Below the pieces are notes generated by a model that worked only from the letters and a program-made list of their open reading frames with translations, did not search any database and was not told the origin of the DNA. A DNA stretch of 60,569 nt, the filler included, from Nemertoderma westbladi (lineage: Eukaryota; Animalia; Xenacoelomorpha), in the NCBI GenBank assembly GCA_032718475.1. It is 2 parts of 2 records of this genome, joined end to end, with 100 filler letters (N's around TTAATTAATTAA, not from the genome) between each part and the next. Parts side by side here need not be neighbours in the genome. Positions count along the whole stretch, not along the records: positions 1 to 29,572 come from JAUCBJ010001432.1; 1 more part is not named here. One strand, 5' to 3'. How positions within the stretch are numbered: the first letter of the stretch is position 1; each line of letters starts with the position of its first letter. Below are positions 1 through 9,835 of the stretch, piece by piece. The position numbers and the translations under genes were made by a program.

Positions 1-285
1 TACGGTGGTGATTTGCGGCCTTTTCCCTTTTACCTTAATTAAATAATTTTACTCTTTACCTTACAAATAATTTTACTCTTTCTTTACCTTTTTCAATAAT
101 TTTACTCTTTACCTTCCAGATAATTTTACTCTTTACCTTCCAAATAATTTTACTCTTTACCTTTTTCAATAATTTTACTCTTTACCTTTTTCAATAATTT
201 TACTCTTTACCTTTTTCAATAATTTTACTCTTTACCTTTTCCAATAATTTGACACTTTTCAACAAGCAGACTTGGCCTTAACTGT
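1..285 (+). repeat. Left TIR with internal ~24-25 bp tandem subrepeats (AATAATTTTACTCTTTACCTT...)
   Basis: Reverse complement of 5239-5640, including the inner anchor TTTTCAACAAGCAGACTTGGCCTTAACTGT. Confidence 0.95.
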
Positions 286-585
286 AATAAATTGAACCTT
301 TAGGGGTTAAGTACTGGTATTCATCTAGCCTATATTGTACTGTACCCTACCCGTTATTGAACGGAACTGAAACAGTGTTAAATAAATATTTGAATTAGGC
401 CTACTACATAGCTATCTATTACGAGCCGGTATAATGAAAATAGTGATAAAAAATCGCCACTTCAGAGGTAGGCCTAGGCTTAGGCCTAGACTGTAATTAT
501 AGGCCTGATGGTTAACCTACTGTAAATATAGGCCTTCTGGTTATGTAATTATAGGCCTGCTGTGTAGGCTGGACCTCGAGATAAA

Positions 586-2888
586 ATGGCCCATGGTGGT
601 AATAATTCAGGAAAAAGCAGAAAAAAATTACTTGAAAGCTTGCGTCATAACATAAACGATCAGCTTGAGGATATCGCTACAAGTTCTACCAGTACAGGGA
701 GTAGGCCTACTTCAGGTTTAGCAGCAGGTGCTGTTGTGAAGAAACGACGTCCTTATAGTGGGCGACTACGAAAGTTGTCAGAGTTTAATTTTGTAACATT
801 TGTCTTCAAAATACAACCGGTCCGAAATGAAATTAATTAGTAAGCCCCTCGGAGAGAGTACGGGTCTGCGAGTTCAGGTGTCAATGAATGCGCCAATTTC
901 TCGTGTTGTAAGAGAAGTTACAGATATTGTATTTAGTGGCGATGATTCGGTTAATTTGCATCTTAAAAGTTTGAGGCATCCAAGTAAGAAAACTAATTAC
1001 ACCTGGTCTCTAGAAAATCTCCTTGGAGAAAATTTATCAAGCTTTGTTAGCCTACGCGATTATTGCGTTCAACGTTGTGTACCATCTTGGAAGATTAAAC
1101 CAATCTTAGTTGGAAGGATTTACCCATCGGAATTGGAAGAAAATTATGAGGAAGCTGCTGTAGAAGATAACGCTATTGCCACTGTTTCCAGTACCGGTAG
1201 CGGTTCTATTGATTTATTGTGGGCTGAAAATATGAAAGAGAAATAGGTCACTCCGAATCTGAAGATGAGGAATCAGTGTCACACATTATTGAGGCAGCTA
1301 ATGATTTTGAATTGATGGATCAAGGTGTTTCGAGTGCTCGACGAAGTTCTCGCATTACCCAGAGGATCATTTGTGAAGTTTGCCATCATTCCCGTTTAGC
1401 AACGGATGTTGATTGTTTCAACTGTCAGGTAATTTCTGATGTATTTGAGTCAGAGCAAGTTGATTTGATGAAGACTACTCACTGTAATGATGATCTGTTA
1501 TTGTCATCGGCCAATGATATAGAAGATGTTGAGGTTGATAGAGCTGAGGTTGCTTCCCTTCGGGCTGCTTATTTTGAACAATTACCCTTGACTTCGACTA
1601 GTTCGACCACCAATATGAGTACCCTCCTTACTAGCCCTAGTGCGTTATGCAATGACTCACCCCAATTAAGGTCTCAGAATAGCATTGGTGAAGTTGATGT
1701 GTTTCTTGTTCATGAGACAGGTCAAATTGTTCCTTGCACCGAAACTAAAGATGTCATAGCTATTGCAAAGTCTTGCCACTCAATTGGAGATGCACTTGAA
1801 GTTTTAAAATCGCCATTTAGCAGCAAGCAATTAACTCGCTTTGAAATTCCCCGTTCCCAGCTTGTTGACTGTCTCTATGAAATTATTGAAGAAGATGGAA
1901 TTCAGAGTCCTTTTGTCAATGCGAAATTTATAGGAGAAGACGCTGTTGACACCGGCGGACCCATGAGGGAAATGTTTTCACTCTTTTTTCTTCAAGATCG
2001 CGGTGAGCTATTTCGTGGTGCGTATCCGAATATGACATTTCGCCACAACCTGACCGAAAGCAAGAAATTTGAAATCTATGGAAATATGACTGCTCTATCT
2101 TTAATTAATGGACTTCCTGGTCCTCATTGCTTAGCTAAATCAGTTGCATCTGCAACTGTTGGTGTTCAATTCAAAGCCTCGCTCGAAGAAATACCAGCTT
2201 GTGATGAAAAGGTTAAGATTATAGAAATATTTAATTCTGATGATACTGATTCGTTCAACAAAGCAATTACTAATTGCTTCGAACGTTTTGATATGGGATT
2301 TGTTAAAGCCAACGTTACTCATGACCAAAAGGATTTAGTAATTGAAACTCTAGCTAAGCATCTTGTGGTTAGTTGTGTTTCTGAGGAAATTTCGCACTTT
2401 AAGAGAGGACTTCAGTTGTTCGGAGTTTTGGACACTTTCAAGAATTTAAATTTCTAACTGAAAGAAAAGTTTCTGCAGACGATGTCAAATCTGCATTTTT
2501 GCCAGTTTATACATCCCCTCATGGGTCAGCGGAACATTATATAGAATGTCAGCTCAAGTACAAGTTTGACAGATTTCTTGCTAAGATTGAGAAAAAAGAT
2601 GACTCGTCAATTTCCTCTTACTCATCATTGGAAGTTGACATACCGCGTAATATGAGGGTCAATCTAGGCGATGTGTTGCAATTTGGAAGCGGAAGTAGAT
2701 ACCCTGATTTTAAAGGCGAATTGTGTTTCGAACATAGCGATGGTTCACAGAGGAGATTACGTTCCAGTACATGTTCATACACAATAACCTTTCCCATGAA
2801 TGACCGATATGTTAAATCAACGTCAGAAGAGTTCTACCAGAGAGTTAGTGAGGACATTCTAAATACTATTGGATTTGGACTACCTTGA
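586..2888 (+). pseudogene. HECT-domain E3 ubiquitin ligase-like gene (G2E3-like), broken into four ORFs by three frame changes
   Basis: HECT N-lobe motif KFIGEDAVDTGGPMREMFSLF, G..TALSLINGLPGP, VLQFGSG and the C-lobe catalytic-type motif SSTCSYTITFP, ending in the HECT-like GFG. A CxxC-x10-CxxC motif sits at ~1372-1425. The shifted frame stays open across ~1230-1276 (REIGHSESEDEESV) and ~2450-2499 (FLTERKVSADDVKSAFL). Confidence 0.8.
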
Positions 2889-2906
2889 TTTACATTTACA
2901 TTAGAT

Positions 2907-3050
2907 AAAACTCATACTCATCATCTCTATAATGACTTCGAATTGTTACGAAAGTTATCTTTGATTTTAAATGTTAAAACTCATATTCATCGTCATGTTT
3001 ATAATGACTACGAATTGTTACGAAAGTTATGTTTGATTTTAATTGTTAAT
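2907..3050 (+). repeat. Imperfect ~70-bp tandem duplication in the 3' region of the HECT gene
   Basis: AAAACTCATA..TATAATGACT.CGAATTGTTACGAAAGTTAT.TTTGATTTTAA.TGTTAA occurs twice. Confidence 0.8.
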
Positions 3051-3121
3051 GTTGTTTATCTGTGATATGTTTCACAATGAAAACGTTTTGTATCTTATAG
3101 TTCCTCCTTTCATATCCATAA

Positions 3122-3668
3122 GGGGGGGGGGGGGGGGGTTTGACTAATTAACCAAAAGTGTTCGTTCCCTTATTTAGGAGGCTTCGTTTTACCGATTATT
3201 AATAATAAATTTAAACAATTTAAAGAAAAAAGACAGACAGACATGTAGGTTTTTTTAAAAGTGAACTGTAAACTGACGTCCGAAATGAAATCAGCAACCA
3301 GGATACCCCCCATAACTAAACTTCTATCTAGTTGGAATGCTTTTTTTATATTTTGACAGACAGATAGACGGACAAACAGACAGACCGACAATCAGACATA
3401 ACAGACTTCACTAAAAATTAAAACTGACTTCGGAAATGAAATCAGCGATCAAAAAAACCACAACAAAGAAGTTTTAGCTAGGTGGTATGATGTCCTTATA
3501 TTTTTTATATTTTTTACAGACAGACAGACAGACCTAGATAAATAATAGTTTTTGTTAAAAGTGAAAACTGACGTTTGGATGAAATCAGCGACCAGGAACA
3601 CCCTCATAACCCAACCCAACTCAACCCTCCCACCCCCCCCCCCCTGGGGGGGGGGGGGGGGGGGGGGG
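3122..3668. repeat. Intergenic block bounded by G/C homopolymers, with three diverged internal repeat units
   Basis: Poly-G at ~3122-3138 and poly-C then poly-G at ~3633-3668. AAACTGAC.T..G.AATGAAATCAGC occurs at ~3270, ~3420 and ~3565, with CAGA microsatellite stretches. Confidence 0.55.
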
Positions 3669-3902
3669 TAACATTTGATAATGAAAGCCTAGTTTTCAAT
3701 GTGTTGACCTGTTGAGCCTTTAAGAAAACCGTATATTGTACCCCCACCAAATCGATGAGTACATACAGTAAAGTGTTGTCAGATAACTCAAACTGTTTTT
3801 TTTTACAATTAATAAAAACTAAAAAATTAAAATAGTTATTATTCATTGCTTAAATTCAATATAAACAAAACTTGTATTGCAAAATTATACATGATACTAT
3901 TG

Positions 3903-5057
3903 TTAGTAGTCTTGTTCTAATCGATCAATAAGGTACACCAATGTATCAGCACAATCTGAGAGTGATTCACACATTTCAGGACGTTTAGTATCCGGTGAAT
4001 CATTCAAGTAGTCAGTACCCAACTCACTGATGCTCGGGAGGCAGTGTGGCTTCTTCTTGGAGAAGTACTTCATAAGATCAAGCTGATCAATGTGTTCCGG
4101 GTGTAGGAAATTCGGCTTATCCAAGAATAAGATATCTGGTTTACCAGCTTTCACTAACAAGCCAGATTTCCGTAAATGATGAGAATTCCACATTTCTCTT
4201 ATTGAATTCAGCAACCGTTGCAATAGATCCATATACACATACCGGATCAGTTCTATATGGATCCGATTAGAAGTAGTGATGACACTATAACCATCCAACT
4301 GAGCGAAGTGTTCAATCCAATGTTGTAAGCCAAGTTTTGGAAATTGGCTCCACCACGCCTCAATCCTCTGATTTCGAGAACTTTTACCGTACATATAGGT
4401 TGTGTTATGTTCTGCCCGCGTGTCATCATCAAAAGCTCGCAAATACCGTTGAATAACTTCTATATTAACATTTTCCGTTCCACAGTCGGAACGAATCAAA
4501 TGAGGAAGACCTCCAAAATTTTTCACAGCATCAATAAAATAATGTCCGATTACGAATGGATCATTGTTGGTAGAGCTGCACTGCAGCCACAGTAGTTTGC
4601 GGCTATAACCATCAATGCATCCGTGAAGGGCGAGTCCATAGTTTTTCAACTTATCCCACCCGTCCACATGGTGAATATAGTTTGGTCCTAATGCGTAATA
4701 ACTGCGACGTACTACTTTGTTCCCAATGCGATCGGCAACAAGTTGCGGATTTAACGTTTTTTGTATGAGTGCTACTAATTCTTCACGTGCAAATAAACCA
4801 TACTTTCGAAGTAGAATCCTCTTCATTTGGCGGTAACCACACGACGGCTCTCGAGAAATGGCGTTTATGATCAGGTTAACATTGTCAACATCACACCTCT
4901 TCTTCAAATTTATGTCAAACAATAGGCGACGGACAGTTCGCGATGAAATCCGAATTAAATGTCTCTCTTTGAGCAATCTACTGATTTCTAAGTGAGTATA
5001 CCCTAAAGAATAGTAATCCGTTACTGTCTCGTTTAAATGTAGCATACTCATGGTCAT
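3903..5057 (-). CDS. DDE integrase/transposase (IS3EU-like, rve-type core), intact 384 aa
   Basis: N-terminal HTH-like segment (ISSRTVRRLL), GYRQM, GPNYIHHVDGWDKL (D1), HGCIDGYSRKLLWL, LIRSDCGTEN (D2), YGKSSRNQRIEAWW (E), WNSHHLR. Confidence 0.92.
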   Translation of the reverse strand: MTMSMLHLNETVTDYYSLGYTHLEISRLLKERHLIRISSRTVRRLLFDINLKKRCDVDNVNLIINAISREPSCGYRQMKRILLRKYGLFAREELVALIQKTLNPQLVADRIGNKVVRRSYYALGPNYIHHVDGWDKLKNYGLALHGCIDGYSRKLLWLQCSSTNNDPFVIGHYFIDAVKNFGGLPHLIRSDCGTENVNIEVIQRYLRAFDDDTRAEHNTTYMYGKSSRNQRIEAWWSQFPKLGLQHWIEHFAQLDGYSVITTSNRIHIELIRYVYMDLLQRLLNSIREMWNSHHLRKSGLLVKAGKPDILFLDKPNFLHPEHIDQLDLMKYFSKKKPHCLPSISELGTDYLNDSPDTKRPEMCESLSDCADTLVYLIDRLEQDY

Positions 5058-5238
5058 ACAATATGGCTCACAATGCTATACACAGTTCAGTTCAATCTGT
5101 TCACAGTAAAGTTGACACCGTTTCAGTTCCGAAAGACTTCAAAGGTCAATAACGGGTATGGTAACAATATATGTAGGCTAGGTGAATTCCGCTACCGGTA
5201 CTTAGCGGGTTCGATCCGATTCGTACGTTCGATTCGCA

Positions 5239-5640
5239 ACAGTTAAGGCCAAGTCTGCTTGTTGAAAAGAGTAAAATTATTGAAAAAGGTAAAGAGTAAA
5301 ATTATTAAAAAAGGTAAAGAGTAAAATTATTAAAAAAGGTAAAGAGTAAAATTATTGAAAAAGGTAAAGAGTAAAATTATTTGGAAGGTAAAGAGTAAAA
5401 TTATCTGGAAGGTAAAGAGTAAAATTATTTGGAAGGTAAAGAGTAAAATTATTGAAAAAGGTAAAGAGTAAAATTATTTGTAAGGTAAAGAGTAAAATTA
5501 TCTGGAAGGTAAAGAGTAAAATTATTTGGAAGGTAAAGAGTAAAATTATTGAAAAAGGTAAAGAGTAAAATTATTTGTAAGGTAAAGAGTAAAATTATTG
5601 AATTAAGGTAAAAGGGAAAAGGCCGCAAATCACCACCGTA
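5239..5640 (-). repeat. Right TIR, with more subrepeat copies than the left TIR
   Basis: ACAGTTAAGGCCAAGTCTGCTTGTTGAAAA followed by an (AAGGTAAAGAGTAAAATTATT..)n array and the terminal CACCACCGTA. Confidence 0.95.
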
Positions 5641-6419
5641 TCATACGCCCACAACTATCATTTATAATCATTTCCAATTAATTTCTCCCTCTAGGGGCAT
5701 CATCAGGGACCAACCACCAAAGCAATAAAATACTGAAAAATTAGGCCTACCTACATTATTTTACTTTCTTATTTCTTTCTTTCTTATTTTTATCTTTCTT
5801 ATTTTACTTTTAGAAATAGGTGTAAGGTACATCAATCTATATTAAATATATTATTATCTTAAATATACTGATATCCCAACTTTAAATTATAATTTTATAT
5901 AAACAAGAACATAACTTAACATTAAACATGATACCATTCAGCCATTGCAGTGATTACACTTTACTTTACTTTTACATTTATTAATAGTCCTTTATCAGTT
6001 TAGTAGGTACAGAGGTAAGCCCCTGAGAACAACTTGCTATATCGGGAAAGGTACGCCTTTCCCGATTGGATATGCATCACCTTTCCCGATGGGGGAATTG
6101 GACCTAACTGCCTGTCTTCTAGTTTCTAGTAGACCTTGGTTTTTATATAGGCCTAGTACCGGTAGGGCCAAGCCAGCAAGCTGCCAAGTACTGAAGTATG
6201 TACCGTAGCCGATTTCACCTTCTTTTTTTACTAAAAATGTATGGTGCTTTGGCACTTTAATGTCAAATTTTCAATATTCGGTACCGAATATACCAAAGTT
6301 GTTTTGTTTCGGTTCCTGTTCGGCAATATTTTAACTTTGTTCGATCCATAGCCTGATAGCCTACTACCATACAGACTGACAGAGTACTGCAGTATTTTAA
6401 CTGTTAACAGCAATAAAAT

Positions 6420-7874
6420 ATGTCCTGGTGTTGTCTTTACTCAAGTTTACTCAACTGTGTGTCTTGGTTAGTGGTACCTGTCGTGGGAATTGTTATCCTC
6501 CTACTGTGCCTGAGGATAGCGGCAGGGAGAGCCCTCAGACTCAGTGGAGAGTCTCTCGTTTTCGGATTCTTCCACCCATATTGCAATGCGGGGGGTGGCG
6601 GCGAGAAAGTGCTCTGGACCGCTGTGAACGCCCTCCTAGATAAATACAAAAACTCTAAATGCGTTATTTACACCGGCGATTTGGATGCAACTTCCGAGGA
6701 GATATTCTTCCGGGCGAAGCAAAGGTTTAACGTTGATATCGCATCTCGTGTCGACAATATACAGTTCGTGTACCTCCGCAGACGTTGGCTGGTGGAGTCA
6801 CAATATTACCCGGTGGCCACTTTGGCTGGTCAAAGTCTGGGCTCCATGCTGCTGGGATGGGAGGCTTTGTGTGCTTGCACACCTGACGTGTTTGTAGACA
6901 CGATGGGTTACGCATTCATCCTCCCTATAGCTAAATATCTGTTTAGGACTAAGTTGTGCATAAGCTACGTCCACTACCCCACTATTAGCACAGATATGCT
7001 GTGTCTTGTAGACAAACGAACTAAATCATTCAACAATTCGGGATTATTCACAAATAATTATATTTTAAGTCGAGTGAAACTTTTGTATTATAAATTATTT
7101 GCATGTTTTTATGGGGTTGTGGGTCGTTGTTCTGATGTTGTCATGGTGAATTCATCGTGGACGAAAGGTCATGTGGACGCGTTATGGCACTGCGATAGCG
7201 AGTTGGTTTACCCGCCTTGCAGTGTAGAACGGCTGGAGGAGTTACCGATAAGCGACTCCTCCCGGAAGCTGCACATCGTATCGGTTGCCCAGTTCCGCCC
7301 GGAGAAAAACCACGGCTTGCAGCTGCGCGCGTTAGCGGGGTTCCTCGCGGGGCTGAACGAGGCCCAACGGCACCGTTACAGACTGGTCGTCGTTGGCGGC
7401 GTCCGGGACGAGGCAGACCGTCGACGCGTGGACGAACTCGAGTTGCAGTCCTTGTCGTTGGGTATCCGTGACCGGGTTGACTTCCGGATTAATCTCGAGT
7501 ACGATGAGTTGCTCCGGGTTCTCGGGGACGCCTCCATAGGGATCCACACCATGCGGGACGAACATTTTGGTATCGGAGTCGTGGAGTTCATGGCGGCGGG
7601 ACTAGTTGCGTTGGCTCACCGCTCCGGCGGCCCGCTCGCAGATATCGTGTCCCCGGACCCGGCAGAATGCGACGGATTTCTAGCGGATTCCCTGGACTCC
7701 TACGTGGAATCCATTGATAGGATATTCGCCATGTCGGAATCGGATCGGACTCGGATTCGTCTAAACGCGAGGAATCGCGCGAAATTATTTCGCGACGAGT
7801 GTTTTTGTTCGCGATTATTAGAGGTCGTTTCTCCCGCAATCGATAGTAAACCGGGAATTCTTAAACAATTATGA
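6420..7874 (+). CDS. ALG11: GDP-Man:Man3GlcNAc2-PP-Dol alpha-1,2-mannosyltransferase, single exon
   Basis: N-terminal TM, then FFHPYCNAGGGGEKVLW, YVHYPTISTDML, VMVNSSWT, VAQFRPEKNH and EHFGIGVVEFMAAG (GT4 EX7E motif). Confidence 0.97.
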   Translation: MSWCCLYSSLLNCVSWLVVPVVGIVILLLCLRIAAGRALRLSGESLVFGFFHPYCNAGGGGEKVLWTAVNALLDKYKNSKCVIYTGDLDATSEEIFFRAKQRFNVDIASRVDNIQFVYLRRRWLVESQYYPVATLAGQSLGSMLLGWEALCACTPDVFVDTMGYAFILPIAKYLFRTKLCISYVHYPTISTDMLCLVDKRTKSFNNSGLFTNNYILSRVKLLYYKLFACFYGVVGRCSDVVMVNSSWTKGHVDALWHCDSELVYPPCSVERLEELPISDSSRKLHIVSVAQFRPEKNHGLQLRALAGFLAGLNEAQRHRYRLVVVGGVRDEADRRRVDELELQSLSLGIRDRVDFRINLEYDELLRVLGDASIGIHTMRDEHFGIGVVEFMAAGLVALAHRSGGPLADIVSPDPAECDGFLADSLDSYVESIDRIFAMSESDRTRIRLNARNRAKLFRDECFCSRLLEVVSPAIDSKPGILKQL

Positions 7875-8498
7875 TAATATTACTATAGATAGTTATATTA
7901 GTGATTTTTTTTTTAAACGGTTTTCTAATGCAATTTTATTTTTTGGTGGGAAATCAATGTTTAATAAGTTGGTGCTCGGTGGTTTGTGTATTTATTATTC
8001 TATCTTTATTATATTTGTTTTAAAATAAATCGAATACTTCAGTATATTTATTTTTATTATTTAATTATCCAATACAATATTTATAATAATCAGCGTGACA
8101 TTACTATTTCGATGCTTTTTCGCACTCAATCTACTCCACTCACGTAGTAGAATATAAATGGCTTCACTTCATTTTTGTTCTTGTGTCACAAGTGTGGGAG
8201 TGGGACATGGGGGGGATAATTAGTTTAAAAGTATAAATTAATATAATGTTTACGTGAATGCCGCTTGACTGACCAAAACATTCCCGCATACAGATGAAGA
8301 TAAGATGCGTCCAAGAATGAGCTCTGATCAGGCTCTGAAGGCTTAATAATAATAATGATAATGCACTCTATTTACATTGCGTTGTTATGTTTCAATGTTT
8401 GGTATGTTAAACTAAACGATCGTGGTGAGTCGAGAGACTGGGCGCAAAACCAACCTTAGCGAATTAATATCCCGCCTCAATGTTAAATTCTCAATTTA

Positions 8499-8552
8499 GG
8501 GAAAGGAGCAGGTTACAGTGGCACGTTATTTTTAACAAAACAATAAACTAAA
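8499..8552 (+). mobile_element. TIR-like end (Kolobok-type, TTAA-like flank), inverted relative to 26176-26226
   Basis: ttta|GGGAAAGGAGCAGGTTACAGTGGC is a perfect 24-bp inverted match to GCCACTGTAACCTGCTCCTTTCCC|ttaa at 26203-26230. Weaker similarity continues through AACAAAACAATAAAC. Confidence 0.6.
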
Positions 8553-9480
8553 CACAATAGAACTGGTTACAGTTTTATTTTTGAGAGTAATCAGCTGTTA
8601 TTTGCGGTAAAATTTTTGAATTGCGAATAAATAAATTGATATTCCCAAAATGATAGGATTACAATAAACAAAATAGAAAAAAAACAGTATCACTGTATCG
8701 ATATGAAAACTCGATTGTGGGCTGTAGTATAAGATAATTCATACAGATACACAGAGTGTAACATACTGATTAACAAAATAAAAAAAAACAGACAAGACTC
8801 ATTATAACGATGGACTGCTTTTATTTTTAATTTTTTTGTAGTTTTTTTGACGGTGTAACATGACGTGTTATGTGTAGTGTATATAATGCTGATTTTAACA
8901 CAAAGTTGAGGTTTTGTGTGCGCGACACTAACTCGACTACTCGCCTTTTAAGCGTATATATTCAATGCATTGTTTGAATGTTTATAATTTGTAAAGATTA
9001 TCGGTGCTAGTCCCTTTATCCCTGCACCCTGGCTAGTCCCTTTATAACATCAAAAGTTATCCCCTGGCTCCTTGCAGGTATTGACCCCACGACCTCCGTA
9101 GATATATGAATTTAACGCGCAAAGGATTTAACAACTAGGCCTACAGTACGTCATGTTGTTAAAATGATAAATTGTGGGCCTCCCACAATCTAAACCCGGC
9201 CGGCACTGTGACTTACTGTTAGGCCTACCTCAGCCTGACCGTAGAATACGGTACAATCATACTGAAATAATACTTTTACTTTATTTCACGCCGTGATATA
9301 TATAGCCACCCATCATTGATTTATAATTTATTTAATGTACTGTATTGTAATATATAAACGGAAACGCATGAAACTTTCATGCGAAACTTTAAAAGTAATA
9401 AACTCACAATGACTCGAACGCCCTACAATTTCCAGCTACAGCGATTGACAGTTTATTAAGATGACTCAGATGTTGTTAGG

Positions 9481-9835
9481 CATTGATATACTTTTTGCTG
9501 ATGACGCTAATATTTTGTTGTTTAGTTCAAATATAAAAAATCTGGTTGATATTGCAAATATAGAACTAACAAAATTAAATACGTGGTTGTCAATTAACAA
9601 GGTATCATTAATAATGCCGAAAAAAGCAATGTCATGTCTATAAAAACCCGTAATCAAACAGACAGTTAAACCTGAACCAATTAATATTGACAACATGAAA
9701 TCAAAGCAGTAAATGTCTTAAAGTTTCTAGAAGTTTTTATTGACCAACGCCTTACTTGGAAGTCACACATAAATAAAATCTCATCGAAAATAAGTGACAA
9801 TTTAGGAATAATTAACAGAATAAAACATTTTGCAA
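9481..9835 (+). pseudogene. Non-LTR retrotransposon RT C-terminal fragment (CR1/L2-like)
   Basis: LFADDANI...ELTKLNTWLSINKVSL, then in another frame KFLEVFIDQRLTWKSHINKISSKIS. Confidence 0.8.

Larger units (their letters stand above)
1..5640. mobile_element. Complete TIR DNA transposon, IS3EU-like (DDE integrase plus HECT E3 ligase cargo)
   Basis: Starts TACGGTGGTGATTTGCGGCCTTTTCCCTTTTACCTTAATT and ends with its reverse complement AATTAAGGTAAAAGGGAAAAGGCCGCAAATCACCACCGTA at 5640. TAY..RTA termini and two convergent genes match IS3EU as I recall it. The left TSD lies outside the window; the right flank is TCATAC. Confidence 0.88.

Noticed and set aside
3903-5057. Bacterial IS3/IS481 contamination or recent horizontal transfer from bacteria
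   Set aside because: Long subrepeat TIRs, a eukaryote-type HECT partner, contiguity with ALG11 and a second decayed relative in the window all indicate a resident eukaryotic family.
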